Shown: positions 1-11,594 of the stretch, piece by piece
Layout of the letters: every line of letters begins with the position of its first letter
How positions within the stretch are numbered: position 1 is the first letter of the stretch
From: Octopus bimaculoides
Lineage: Eukaryota
Reading direction: 5' to 3'
Assembly (NCBI RefSeq): GCF_001194135.2
Contig: NC_068989.1
Location: 23,289,881 to 23,337,380 of the forward strand
DNA length: 47,500 nucleotides
Notes under the pieces: generated by a model
What the model saw: only the letters and a program-made list of their open reading frames with translations
Database searches by the model: none
Told to the model about the DNA's origin: nothing
Translations under genes and position numbers: made by a program

Positions 1-10
1 TATACATATA

Positions 11-165
11 TACGACGGGCTTCTTTCAGTTTCCATCTACCAAATCCACTCACAAGGCTTTGGTCAGCCTGAGGCTATAGTAGAAGACACTTGCCCAAGG
101 TGCCACACAGTGGGAATGAACCCGGAACCATGTGGTTGGTAAGCAAGCTACTTACCACACAGCCA
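11..165 (-). mobile_element. tRNA-derived SINE (family A), 5' half
   Basis: Reverse complement ggctgtgtggtaag...gggttcattcccactg...ggaaactgaaagaagcccgtcgt; recurs throughout the window. Confidence 0.85.
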
Positions 166-216
166 ACCATTAAGACCATTGAAGATTCAGTGTTGGTTAA
201 AAAAAAAGTCTTTACA

Positions 217-381
217 GGAATGGCTGTGTTGTAAGAAGCTTGCTACCTAATCACATGGTTCTGGGTTCAGTCCCCCCATCCGGCACTGTGGGCAAGTGTT
301 TTCTGCTATAGTGTCAGGTCAGCCAAAGCCTTGTGGGTGGATTTGGTAGATGAAAACTGAAAGAAGCCTGTTTTATATATA
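217..381 (+). mobile_element. SINE A 5' half; its 3' half resumes at about 3400-3730 after the Tigger insertion
   Basis: Head with A/B-box-like motifs ends in a (TA)n tract. The family tail (cttgacaacc...gactgaaaca) continues right after the far TIR. Confidence 0.8.
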
Positions 382-1682
382 CAGTGGTGCCTTGACTTAC
401 GAGTTTAATTTGTTCCATGACAGAGCTTATAACTCAAATTACTCACATGTCAAATCAATTTTCCCCATTGAAATGAATTGAAATGCTATTAATCCATTCT
501 GAGCCCCTACCAAAAACCTCAGTTGCATGTTTTTAAATAAAAAAAATGTACTTATATATAATGAATATTGTATAAAAAAAACAACAACACAATAGAATGT
601 ACTGCAATAAACTAGTTTTATTAAGTATAATGTACAGCATTTACCTTGGAGATCAGACAATTTAAGGATACTGGTGGAGGTGGAGGAGAAAAGCTGAATT
701 GAATAACTGAATCTTATTCACTGATTTTTGCCCTTTTCGCCATGCTTTCCTCACTTTCATTTGCAGGAGTTTTTATAAAACCCTGTCCAATGAGATCTGT
801 TTCATCTTCCCTTTCAGAATGTTCCTGAAATGAGTTAGGCTAGTGTCATTAAATAGCATTGTCGCACGTCTAGTTGCAACTTTTCCTGAGTGTTTCTTTT
901 GAATAAAGTCTGAAAGTTTCTCCCACATTCCCAACATTTACTTTATTGCATTTGCAAAGACAACCTCTTCCACATCATCTGTTTCCTGCAAAACCTCTGT
1001 GTGCTACTGCATCAGTTGCTCCTTTAGCTCTTCCGTTTCAGTTCCTCAGAGTGCTCCTCAATAAGCTTATTAATGTCCCCTTCATCCATGTTCAGGCCCA
1101 TGGACTTGCTGAGGAATACAATTTCCTCCACCATTACCACTTCAGGTTCGAGTCTTTCAAAGTCCATTTCAGACACAACCTCAGGCCACAGCTTCTTCCT
1201 CACAGAGGTCAAGGCCCTCCTTGTAACACCCTGCCAGGCCGTATTGATAATTCTGAGACATATAAGTGCAGGAGTGGCTGTGTGGTAAGTAGCTTGCTTA
1301 CCAGCCACATGGTTCTGGGTTCAGTCTCACTGCATGGAACCTTGGGCGAGTGTCTTCTACTTTTGTGTGTGTGTGTATGTGTGTGTGCATGCGCGTGTTT
1401 ACTTGTCTTACCATCGTATAATATGTTTAAGCAAGGTGACTGTTATACAAACTATGGCATGCATTTCCAATATTCTACAAAAAAACATGTTTGGCTACAA
1501 GCAAATATTACCTGGCGTGGTTGTGTGGTAAGAAGCTTGTTTCTCAACTACATGGCTCCAGGTTCAGTCCCACTCCATGGTACCTTGGGCAAATGTCTTT
1601 TACTATAGCCTCAGGCCGACCAAAGCCTTGTGAGTGGATTTGGTAGACGGAAACTGAAAAAGCCCATCGTATATGTGTATAC

Positions 1683-1718
<36 letters not shown>

Positions 1719-3399
1719 GTATGTGCATATGTTTGTGTGTCTGTGTTTGTCCCTCAACATCGCTTGACAACCGATGCTGGTGTGTTTACATCCCCATAAC
1801 TTAGCAGTTCGGCAAAAGAGACCTATGGAATAAGCACTAGGCTTACAACGAATAGGTCCTGGGGTAGATTTCTTTGACTAAAGGTGTTGCTCCAGCATGG
1901 CCACAGTCAAATGACTGAAACAAGCAAAAGAGTAAAAGAGTGTCAGAGGGTGAGGTTTGTGTTCTCTGTCACCTCAAGGCAGCAGTAGAACAGGTGCTTG
2001 GTGGAAAGCTTCTTGAAATTAGAAATCACCTACTGGTCCATGGGCTGTAGGATAGGGGTGATGTTGGGTGGAAGATAGTGAACTTTTATAAACTTGAACT
2101 CTTCGAGGATGTCATCTTTGAGGTTGAGAAGGGCTTGCAGGGGAAGGTTATTTTCCTGGAGATATTTCTTAATGTCAGAACCAAAGACCAAATTCACCCA
2201 CTCCACAAAGAATTGCCTGATGACCCATGCCCTCAGGTTTGCTCTCCACATAACCTGTAGCTTTTCTTTCAGAATCTTGTGACTTAAAGGTTCTGCAGTT
2301 TTCCGAATGATAAATGAGCAGCGGCTTAATCTTGCAGTTGCTGCTCACATTGGCACACAGCGTGAGGGTTAGCCTCTTCTTCATGGGTTTGTGGCCTGAC
2401 ATCCTCTTCTCTGCCGTTATGTAAGTCCAGCTTGACATCTTCTTCCAGAAAAGTCCTGTGTCGTCACAGTTAAAGACTTGCTGGGTGGATGTATCCTTTA
2501 GCTGCTATAATTCCGGCAAAAGTTGTGAGGTAATCCTCTGCTGCCTTCATATCCATGCTCGCTGCCTCACCATGCCTAACAAGGGAGTGAATGCTGGCCC
2601 TCTTTTTAAAATTCTCCAAGCAGCCCCAACTGGCTTTAAACGGCTCACCCAATGCCTCATCCGTACAAGTGCCTGGGGTCTTCTGTGACAAATCAGCATA
2701 AATAGCTCATGCCTTCTCACAGATTATAGTCTCCATCACAGTATCTTCTGTGAGTTGCTTCTCCATCAACCACACCATCAGCAGCTTCTCCATATTTTCA
2801 AGCATAGATGCTGGCTGTTTAGAAATTATTTTAACGCCCTTGGCTGGTGTTATAGCTTTTATTGACTCCTTCTGCTTCAGTATAGTGCAGATTGTACAAG
2901 TGCTATGCTTGTACTGCTTCGCCAAGTCAACTACACGCACACCTTCATCGTGTTTTCTGATAATTTCTTTCTTTAATTCAATGCACATCATCTGCTTCTT
3001 CTTCTCAGCACTGTCCTACACACTCACTTTCTTCAGAACCATGGTTGGAAAAACAAAGTTTTGCAAAACAACTGCAAGTACAATTATGAGCACAACATTA
3101 ATGTTTCTGTAGCCTGCAATGACTAAGTAAGCATTTCACCACCCATCTAGCTAATGATCTACTAACGATCTTCACACTCGCTAAAGTACATGCCTCTCTA
3201 GCTATTGAGTGAGACACAGGATTCTGAGCAGATGTTACGGCATTCACAGTGGCATTCACTATGCCAACTAGCAGCGTGGTATCTGAGGTTGGCTCGTAAC
3301 CTGAATTTCAGCTCACAACTCAAAGCAAAGAATTGACTGAGTTAGCTCGTATCTCGAAAAACTTGTTAGTTGGGATGCTCATAAGTCAAGGTACCACTG
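382..3399 (-). mobile_element. Tigger/pogo DNA transposon, decayed, with SINE insertions
   Basis: 22-bp TIRs cagtggtgccttgacttacgag and ctcataagtcaaggtaccactg (20/22) in a TA context. Broken ORFs give CENP-B HTH (LKKEIIRKHDEGVRVVDLAKQY), FKASWG..NFKKR and DDE_1 motifs (KKRLTLTLCANVS, YLPPNITPILQPMDQ). Confidence 0.9.
1268..1940 (+). mobile_element. Partial SINE A head (1268-1362) plus a full SINE A (1514-1940) inserted in the Tigger
   Basis: Family head, internal (TA/CA)n and tail ending gactgaaacaagcaaaagag. Confidence 0.85.
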
Positions 3400-3730
3400 C
3401 ATATATTTGCATGTGTGTGTCCTTGTGTCTGTATTTGTCCCCCATGACCACTTGACAACCAGTGTTGGTTTGTTTACATCTCCATAACCTAGCAGTTCAC
3501 CAATAAGAGACTGATGGTATAAGTACCAGGTCGATATGATCGACTTAATCCGTTCGTCTGTTCTTGTTTGTTCCCTCTATGCTTAGCCCCTTGTGGGCAA
3601 TAACGAAATAGGTATAAGTACCAGGCTTAAAAAACAATAAGTACTGGCATTGATTCATTCGACTAAAAAGTTCTTCATGGCAATGCTCCAGCATGGTCGC
3701 AGTCTAATGACTGAAACAGATAAAAAATGA
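3400..3730 (+). mobile_element. SINE A 3' half containing an 80-bp insert (3531-3610) with a 15-bp target-site duplication
   Basis: ggtataagtaccagg occurs at 3516-3530 and 3611-3625. Confidence 0.75.
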
Positions 3731-4068
3731 GAGATAAAAGACATCCTAATAAATGTTTTGTTAAGTGGTTAATTTGGTTTTGATATATCCCAGAATACAC
3801 TATAATTCCCCCCACCCATCTTCTTCAATTCCACAGGTTGTCCTTTGGAACTCTAGTTATAGTAGTAATGTATATTTTAGTAGTTAATGGCATAAATGAA
3901 GTCTTGTCTTATGGAGGTCACAGTACCAAAAATAGAAAGAGGAGTGGGAATGTTATCTTATACAGACATTCTCTTAACTCTAGTGTTGAGAGTTCTTCAG
4001 CAGAATAGTAACGGACTAGTTGAATAGTCTTATATATTAGCCAGCCACAGGCTGTTGTATTTGTTTAA

Positions 4069-4277
4069 CCCTTTGATATCAACCTGCCTGAAACCAACCC
4101 TGGTTCTATGACAAACTTTTGGTGAAAGTATTCAAAGTGAAAACCTTCCATCAAAATTTCATGTTTCCAAACATCAGCTTAATTATAATCAAAGTTATTT
4201 AACTAAATTCTTAATTATTTTAACTATTAATTGAAACAAAGGCAGTGTATTTCAACAAAAATATGGTTACAAAAGGG
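4069..4277. mobile_element. piggyBac-type MITE
   Basis: TTAA|ccctttgatatc...ggttacaaaaggg|TTAA; TTAA on both sides; non-coding. Confidence 0.7.
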
Positions 4278-4315
4278 TTAATCCCAGGTCAACTCCTAAT
4301 CTGTATGGCAAATAT

Positions 4316-4705
4316 ATGGCATGGCTTTGTGGTAAGAAGCTTTCTTTCCAATCACATACTTCCATATTCAGTCCCACTGCATGGTACTTCTGATAAAGTC
4401 TCAGGCTAACTAAAGCCTTGTGAGTAGATCTGGTAGACGGAAACTGAAAGAAGCCCATTGTTTATATACATGTATATATACTATGTGTCTGTGTTTGTAC
4501 CCTCACTACCGCTTGACAACCAGTGTTAGTGTGCTTGCATCCCTGTAACTTAGTGGTTTGGCAAAGGAGACCAACAGAATAAATACTAGGCTTAAAAAAT
4601 AAAGTACTGGGATTGATTCATTTGACTAAAAATTCAAGGTAGTGCTCCAGCATGACTGCAGTCTAATGGCTAAAACAAGTAAGAAGATGAAAGGATAAAA
4701 AGATA
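4316..4705 (+). mobile_element. SINE A, near full length
   Basis: Head, internal microsatellite and tail all present. Confidence 0.85.
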
Positions 4706-4984
4706 CCGATGGAGGGATTTAGCTGTTCCATTAAAGCAATAGAGTCACACTGTTGACAAGTCCCAGTTACAGGACAAAACCGTAGCTCAGTGTTCTAGCT
4801 TTGCTCATGGGGCAGTTATCTACCCTGTCAGTGTATATAAATGTCCTTTTTATACAGCTATAAGAGTTTTACTCTTATTTCAAGCAATAACTGTGCTTTT
4901 AGCACCCCCAGTCACAATTAGTCAACTAAATTTTTGTCTATATGGGTTTGTATTGCGGCTAGCTGTTTCAATTAATTTTTAGTA

Positions 4985-5260
4985 TATATGTGTTTGTGTG
5001 TATAGATACACAAACAGACATACACATGCATGCACACACGCATGCACACACATACACATGCATGCACGCACGCACGCATACACATACACACACCCATTCA
5101 AAAATCGATATTCACAAAATAATCATACTTTCTGATTTTTTAATGCTAAAAACTTTCCTGATGACCGTCTTTGTAATCCCGAAAAGTATCATAACCATTG
5201 GTCCAGCCATCTGGACAGATGGACAGACAGATAGACATAAAGCCCGTTATAGTAAGATAG
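4985..5260. repeat. (CA/TG)-rich microsatellite plus a GACA-repeat element, possibly a non-autonomous Helitron-type repeat
   Basis: cacacacgcatgcacac tract, then ggacagatggacagacagatagac...ttatagtaagatag. The family call is weak. Confidence 0.35.
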
Positions 5261-5919
5261 CAAATCTGCCCATCTACAATGGGAAATAAAGGGATAGTAT
5301 CGCAAACCTAAACCCTCTAAATTCGTAAACTATATGGGCGGGGGTAGAATCCAGAGTTAATCCTCATCACCAGAATTTTAGCAAAAAAAAAAAAAATCAA
5401 AGGTGATTTATTAATACAAAACTCAATATCCACTAAATCATCACTGTTGTTGTTACTGGTGTTGTTGTTGCTTAGCCCATGACATCCCTTATCCAAAACA
5501 TTTATAATCAAATGTGCTCCAGCCATAACTATCTCATCTTTTCTCTTCAAACTGGTATATCTAGTATTATATTATCCAGTGTGTCCTTTCCTTTCTATTT
5601 CAGATGGTAAGGGAAGAGAGAGTTCCTGAAAGAGTTGGCTGTTCTTTCTAGCAATAATGGGATATCACTTGCCCAAGGTGAAAGGTTTATATGCATTCAA
5701 ATTTGAAACTCCTTGTGACTGAAGTGTTCTAAAACCTCATCAAAAATGTTGAAGACAAATATGATATTTTAAAATAAGTTTAAGCCGTTAGCATTTAAAC
5801 TGACCACATCCAGTCACTAACATACCTGGTGGTGGTGGTTGTGGTTGTTGCCAGTGCCATGTAATTCGCACCTGTGAATCGTAGTCATAGTCGTTGCTGG
5901 TGTCATGTAAATCGCACCT

Positions 5920-6135
5920 GTGCCTGTGGCACATGAAAGCACCCATTACACTCTTAGAGTGGTTGGCATTAGGAAGGGCATCCAGCTGTAGAAACCGCAC
6001 CAAATCAGACTGAAACTTGGTGCAGCTCTCTGACTTATCAGCTCCAGTCAAACCATCTAACCCATGCCAGCACGGAGAGTGGATGTTAAATGATGATGAT
6101 GATGATGATGATGATATATATCATTATCATCATTA
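5920..6135 (+). mobile_element. RTE-tail repeat (family C) ending in (GAT)n
   Basis: aaagcaccc...gtggttggcattaggaagggcatccagctgtagaaac...aacccatgccagca...(gat)n. Confidence 0.85.
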
Positions 6136-6179
6136 CCATCATGATTGGTTTAACATTAATTTTCCAATGCTCACATGGG

Positions 6180-6520
6180 CTGGACTAAATTTTTCTTGTG
6201 GTAGATTCTCTACAGCCAGATATCTTTCCTGTCACATGGTACCAGCATGAGTGCTTTTTATGTGGCACAAGCACCAGTGTTTTTGTATGTGGCACCAGCA
6301 TCAGTATCAAGCCTGCTGTGGCAGATGGGTCTTCTTGCGTACAACAAGGTGCCACATATCTCAGTCTTTTGTCATCTCCTTCGTAAGGTCCAATGTCTTG
6401 AGATCTGTCTTCAGTACTTTGTCCCATGTCTTCCTGGGTCTCCCTCTTCCAGAAGTTCCATCCACTTTAAGTGACTGGCATTTCTGTATGCAACTGTCTA
6501 CATCCATATGCAGTGAACAT
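6180..6520 (-). mobile_element. RTE LINE 3' end fragment
   Basis: Minus strand carries VDGTSGRGRPRKTWDKV..DL, the RTE C-terminal motif, followed by the 3' UTR. Confidence 0.7.
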
Positions 6521-6754
6521 TAATGGAGAATATATCTTTTGCTCATTTTTGAAGACTAATTTGAAATAGTAATGTCATCTTTTTGCACAGGCACAAGTTT
6601 GAAAAAGGGAGATTAATGGTAAGTTTAACTTATCAATCTAAACTTATCCATATAGTGGCCATTCACATTTTGGGAGCACCTTATAGCAGTTAGCTCGATC
6701 ATCTTTTCTACATAATCTGGATACATTGTATGTTTATTAATATTGTCGAGGATA

Positions 6755-6980
6755 AAGACAGTGAGCTGGAAGAATCATTAGTATGCTGGGCAAAATGTTC
6801 AGTGGCATTTCATCCATCCTTATGTTCTAAGTTCAAATTCCGCCAACGTCAACTTTTCCTTTCATCTTTTTATTCTTTCAGGTTTGATCAAATAAGTACC
6901 AGTTGAGCACTGGGGTCAATGTAATTGACTTATTCCTTCCCAGAATTGCTGGCCTTGTGCCAAAATTTGAAATTAATATT
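6755..6980 (+). mobile_element. tRNA-derived SINE (family B)
   Basis: gtgagctggaagaatc...gttcaaattccgcc...aataagtaccagttgagcactggggtc; other copies at 15633-15845 and 26795-26965. Confidence 0.8.
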
Positions 6981-6984
6981 GGTG

Positions 6985-8540
6985 AGGATGAAGAGCCTAA
7001 CTTGTTCCAATTATTATAGCTGGGTTCCAACCTGGGCCACAACAACGAAGTCTACCTGCCACACTCCTCTGTCCATCATCACTGCCTTGCTATCCTGGAT
7101 ACATTTCAGGGCAGTGTCTGCAATTGGGTTGTTGATGTGTCACAACATTTTCCTCACCATGAAGTGGGCTCCACAAGACTAATTTGGATACTTCCAGTTC
7201 ATGGTGGCATGTGCAGTAACTAGATACTTGCAGCTGTCTTTGGCTGATCTCCTTGCTAACTATCAGCCGGTCTTCATAAAGGTATTCATTTGTCATATGT
7301 TGCTGCAATTTCACATTTAGAGCCATTTGTAGCATCCTTGTGTAGCATCCATTTAGCCTGTTTGGTAATTTCTTTGTCAATGTCAATGTTTCACTATCAT
7401 ATTGGACTGATTTCACAGTTGCAATGAACAGCTTGATCTTGATTTGCCTGGGCAATTTGGAGTGCCAGGCTTTCTTTAGTTTGTGACAGGCTGTCCATGC
7501 TTGTGCCTTCCTGATCTTAATATCTGCTTCCAAACTGTTCACCTAACCACCTAAGTACTTGAAGTCTTCAGCAACATTCAGTTTGATACTGCCCAAAGCA
7601 AACAGTTCAGTCTCATTTGATTGGTTGAAAGACATATATTCCATTTTCTTGACATTTGTGTGCAGTCTATTTTAGCAGCTGATGTTTCTACTCTGCTGAA
7701 CAGCTGTTGAACTCGATCTGTTTCATTAGATATGAGTACTGTATTATCCATGAAGTTCAGGTCTGTGATGGTTATGGCTTGTACTCTCCATGGTCTTTAT
7801 CATTCTATGATGAAACCAAGGTCTTTGTCACCGTTGTCTATAGACTGCCACATTGCATAATCCAATACAATTGCAGCAGGTAAGATGCAAATGTATCTCC
7901 TTGTAGTACCCCAGCTAGTATTTTGAAATAATTCTGATTCTCTATCAGACGAAAACATATGATCTCTGGTCTTCTTGTAGGTTTATGCAATGGCAAGATC
8001 TAATTCTTCTGGAATGCCATATACTTGAGAGTTCTTCAACATTCTGCAATGATGGATACTGTCAAATGCCTTTCTGAAGTCCACAAAGGTTTTAATGGTA
8101 GGTAGCTGTCTTGATTTAACTCCTTCTATGATATGCCTCAGGCCTATGATCTGAGATGTTGTGGATCTCCCTGGTCTTAATCTATTTTGATTTAGTCTCA
8201 GGTGGCTATCAAGCACCTGTTGAATCCTGTTGAGGATCATTCGGTTGATGACTTTCAATAAGATATTGGACAGTGCAATTCCTTTGTAGTTAGTTTCATT
8301 GCAGAAGTTTCCTGACTTTGGGATTGGCATCAAGTCAATATTGGATCACTGATCTGAACTTTTCTGGTTCTGCAAGAGCCTATTCACAAAATCCAGGCAA
8401 TAACAGGAATTTAAATTAGGCTGCTCCTGGAAGCTCCTCTATGTTGATGACCTTGTTCTTGCAGCTGAATCACTACCAGAACTGGAGAAAAAATGTCCAA
8501 GTGTGGAAGCAAGGTCTGAAATCAATGTCTTAGAGTTCAT
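6985..8540 (-). mobile_element. RTE-clade LINE, decayed reverse transcriptase and C-terminal region
   Basis: IPKSG...NYKGIAL, RPGRSTTSQIIGLRHIIEG, FVDFRKAFDSIH and IRKAQAWTACHKLKKAW motifs, with stops and frameshifts. Confidence 0.88.
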
Positions 8541-8599
8541 TTAACAAAAACCAAAGTCTTAGTAGGAAAGCTGATAAATCACAAATCCCTTGAGGTAGA

Positions 8600-9490
8600 T
8601 GGTGCTGCTTGATATGAAGAAAAGGCACAGGTAGAAACTCAATAAGGTGCAGCAATATCAGAGGAAGGTTAACAGGGAAAATAGTTTTTGTGTGTGGCAG
8701 ATGTACAGGTACAATAAATGCAAGAAATGTACAGAAAATAGACTCCATCAAATGCCAGGTGGGACACCTAGAAGTAGTTAATAGCTTGCAATATCGAGGT
8801 GACAAAGTCAGCAGTGGAGGTGGATGCTCTGAGAGCTTAGCTACTACAATAAGAATAGGCTGGGTAAAGTTCAGGGATATTTTACCTTTGTTGGTAACAA
8901 AGGGCCTCTCCCTCAGAGAGAAAGGCAGAATGTATGATGCCTGTGTCTGCAGAGGTCATGCATAGGCTTGAAAGAAACGACACTAGTATGCTTCAATGGA
9001 TGTGCAAAGTCAGTGTGTATATACAACAGAGTGTAAGCTTCTTAAGAGAAAAATTAGGCATAAGAAGCATCAGATGTAGTGTGCAAGAGAGATGACTGTG
9101 CTGGTCATGTGATGCATATGACAATCTCTAACTGTGGAAGAGGTAGATCAAGGAAGACATGAGACGAGGTGGTGAAGCATGATCTTTGAATGTTGGGTTT
9201 CATGGAGGCAATGACAAGTGATCGAGATCTTTAGTGATTTACTGTGCTTGAGAAGACTCATCAAGTCAAGTGAATTTGTAGTTGTGGCCAGTGTCGGTGA
9301 CATATAAAAGCACCCTTGTTGCTAACATGAGCAAGGCACCCTCTACACTCTTGGAGTGGTTGGCATTAGGAAGGACATCCAGCTGTAGAAACTATGTAAA
9401 AACTCTCTGGCTAACCAGTTCCAATCAAACTGTCTAACCCATGCCAGCATGGAAAGCATATGCTAAATGATGATGATGATGATGATGATG
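8600..9490 (+). mobile_element. RTE LINE 3' portion running into the family C tail and (GAT)n
   Basis: LEVVNSLQYRGDKVSSGGGCSESL..RIGWVKFRDILPLL..KGLSLR.KGRMYDACV, then a 3' UTR matching repeat C. Confidence 0.85.
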
Positions 9491-9635
9491 TTGAAAAAGA
9501 CTGGGATTGATTCGTTTGATTAAAACCATTCAAGGGTTGTTTCAGCATGGTTGCAGTCCAATGACTGAAACAAGTAAAATTTAAAAACTAAAAGATAAAA
9601 AAAAGATAGATTATAATTATAAATCATTATAATTA

Positions 9636-9845
9636 TTATTTACATTATTTACATTATTTACATTTGACGGATATTTGTCCTCATCTTGTTTGTTGTTAAC
9701 ACAATATTTTGGCTGATAAACCCTCCAGCTTTCATCAGGTGTCTTGGGGAAATTTCGAACCTGGATTCTCATTCCTAAGGTATTTTTCGATGTTGTTGTT
9801 GTTGTTGTTGTCATCATCATCATCATCATCATCATTATTATTATT
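9636..9845 (-). mobile_element. Penelope-like terminal repeat with a decayed hammerhead, plus (AAC)n/(GAT)n/(AAT)n
   Basis: Inverted homologue of 10230-10420; the ribozyme GAAAC is changed to AAAAT. Confidence 0.65.
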
Positions 9846-10154
9846 GTTTTTTTTTGGACTTCTTTCTTTAAATTTTCTCCCATTTCTCACCGAGTGTTTT
9901 CCGTACACCTAATGCAGAGAAGCTCATTGTATGCATTTCCAGTTTACACACGCAAATTCACAGGTAAAATATGTATTTAAAAATTAATAAATAAATAAAT
10001 TCATGAATGGATGTTGCTTTCACAGCAATAATGCTCTTCTCTGTACATGAGTCGTTCCAGTTAACACAATTTTTTGCACTTCCTGTAGGGATGGTAAGCT
10101 TGGCATCATTTTCAAATAGGTTTCAGTACCTTTTTTTCATCATTCCTAGAGATT

Positions 10155-10177
10155 TATTATTATTATTATTATTATTA

Positions 10178-10212
<35 letters not shown>

Positions 10213-10231
10213 TGATTCAGGCAGTAACCTG

Positions 10232-10265
<34 letters not shown>

Positions 10266-10420
10266 TCGAAAAATACCTTAGGAATGAGAACCCAGGTTCG
10301 AAATTTCTCCAGGACACCTGAAGAAGGCTGGAGGGTATATCAGCCGAAACGTTGTGTTAACAACAAACAAGATGAGGACAAATATCCGTCAAATGTAAAC
10401 AATGTAAATAATTCTTCATC
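10155..10420 (+). mobile_element. (ATT)n/(AAC)n microsatellites and a Penelope-like terminal repeat
   Basis: cctgaagaagg...ccgaaacg signature followed by an AT-rich tail. Confidence 0.65.
10313..10358 (+). ncRNA. Minimal type I hammerhead ribozyme in a Penelope-like terminal repeat
   Basis: GACAC-CTGAAGA-A-GGCTG(gagggtatat)CAGCC-GAA-ACGT-T-GTGTT. Stem I GACAC/GTGTT, stem II 5 bp, palindromic stem III ACGT. Confidence 0.75.
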
Positions 10421-10956
10421 TCTTAAATATAGAACTGTATTATAATTATTATTTAATTAACTGCTTATTGCTTCCAAGAGTTTGTACGACTCGTGTTCCA
10501 TTTGGTAGAACAAGTAGATATTTATCAAAAAGTGCTAAGCAAATGATCTCAAATATAATCTCTAACAAAATCACAAAGTCTGAATTTTAGTCGCTATAAT
10601 CGATTCCAATACTTGATCGATACTTTTATTTTATCAACTGTAGAAAAATGAAAGCAAAACTGGGTTTGGCGGAATTTGAACTCGGAGAAAGTAAAGAGCT
10701 GTCCAGATCAATAGATATAAACATTTATTAATGGATATCACTATACTCATCAGAGATATTTACAAGAGATTCTGATGAAATATTGTAGACAGAACAAGTA
10801 ATGAAGAGTTATAATATATTGGCTAAGGATAAATGTTTATGTTTACAAATGGGATAGAAAAGAGGAAAATTGCATTCATCCCAAAGCAAAATAAAGCTCT
10901 GAATGGAATAGGGTAAGATATATATCATAAGTCAGGAAAATTATACCTTTGAATAT

Positions 10957-11029
10957 CGACCCTGATGGGACTTGAACCCACAATCTTCGGCTCCGGAGGC
11001 CGACGCCTTATCCATTAGGCCACAGGGCC
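10957..11029 (-). tRNA. tRNA-Arg, anticodon CCG
   Basis: Reverse complement GGCCCTGTGGCCTAATGGATAAGGCGTCGGCCTCCGGAGCCGAAGATTGTGGGTTCAAGTCCCATCAGGGTCG is 73 nt, has A and B boxes and folds as a cloverleaf. A TTTT terminator lies about 17 nt downstream. Confidence 0.95.
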
Positions 11030-11554
11030 ACGGTAAAATTTGTTTGAATAATAATTATATATACTCAACTATATTTCAAACACGCTTGATGATCGAATTT
11101 AGAATCTTTTTGAAGAAAATATTTTTTGTTCTTATAAAATCGTAGTCAAAATGTCCAGAATTCAAAATTTCTGACACCGATCTTAATTTCTATTCGAGAA
11201 ACATTTGCTATATATGAGCATACTATATGTTAAAAATGAACAATTTGAGTTTACAATAATTTAACAGAGTTTATTTTTAAAATTTATTAAAAATATTTGC
11301 TATCAAAACACGATAATCATTTACGATTTACAACATAAATATATTTAAAAAATAAAACAACAAAATATCATTCATTGGTAGAGTCGGCCTGTTTATTCGG
11401 CAATGTGACGGAATAACAATTTCGATAAAGAATATATTTTTAATATTTATATAAATTATTTATTTTATTTACTTAATAAAGTTCATAAATCAGGTTTTAT
11501 TTAAAAAAAGTAATTGTAACGAAGTTGACGTTATTTTGTGTTATAAGTGACAGA

Positions 11555-11563
11555 GGCGGGAAA
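11555..11563 (+). promoter_or_regulatory. Candidate E2F site (GGCGGGAAA; TTTCCCGC on the minus strand) in the HUS1 promoter or 5' UTR
   Basis: Exact TTTSSCGC consensus about 30 bp upstream of the ATG in otherwise AT-rich DNA. Motif match only. Confidence 0.4.
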
Positions 11564-11594
11564 TATACTGTATATCCTGTCCGTCCATGTTGAC

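Noticed and set aside
946-1608. 220-aa plus-strand ORF
   Set aside because: It is the antisense of Tigger transposase running into SINE sequence and a TG microsatellite; no independent coding signal.
5158-5190. CTGATGA...GAAA hammerhead-like spacing
   Set aside because: Stem II cannot pair (ccg versus ccc) and there is no stem I or III.
9617-10321. Poly-N, poly-L, poly-M and poly-I ORFs
   Set aside because: They are translations of trinucleotide microsatellites.
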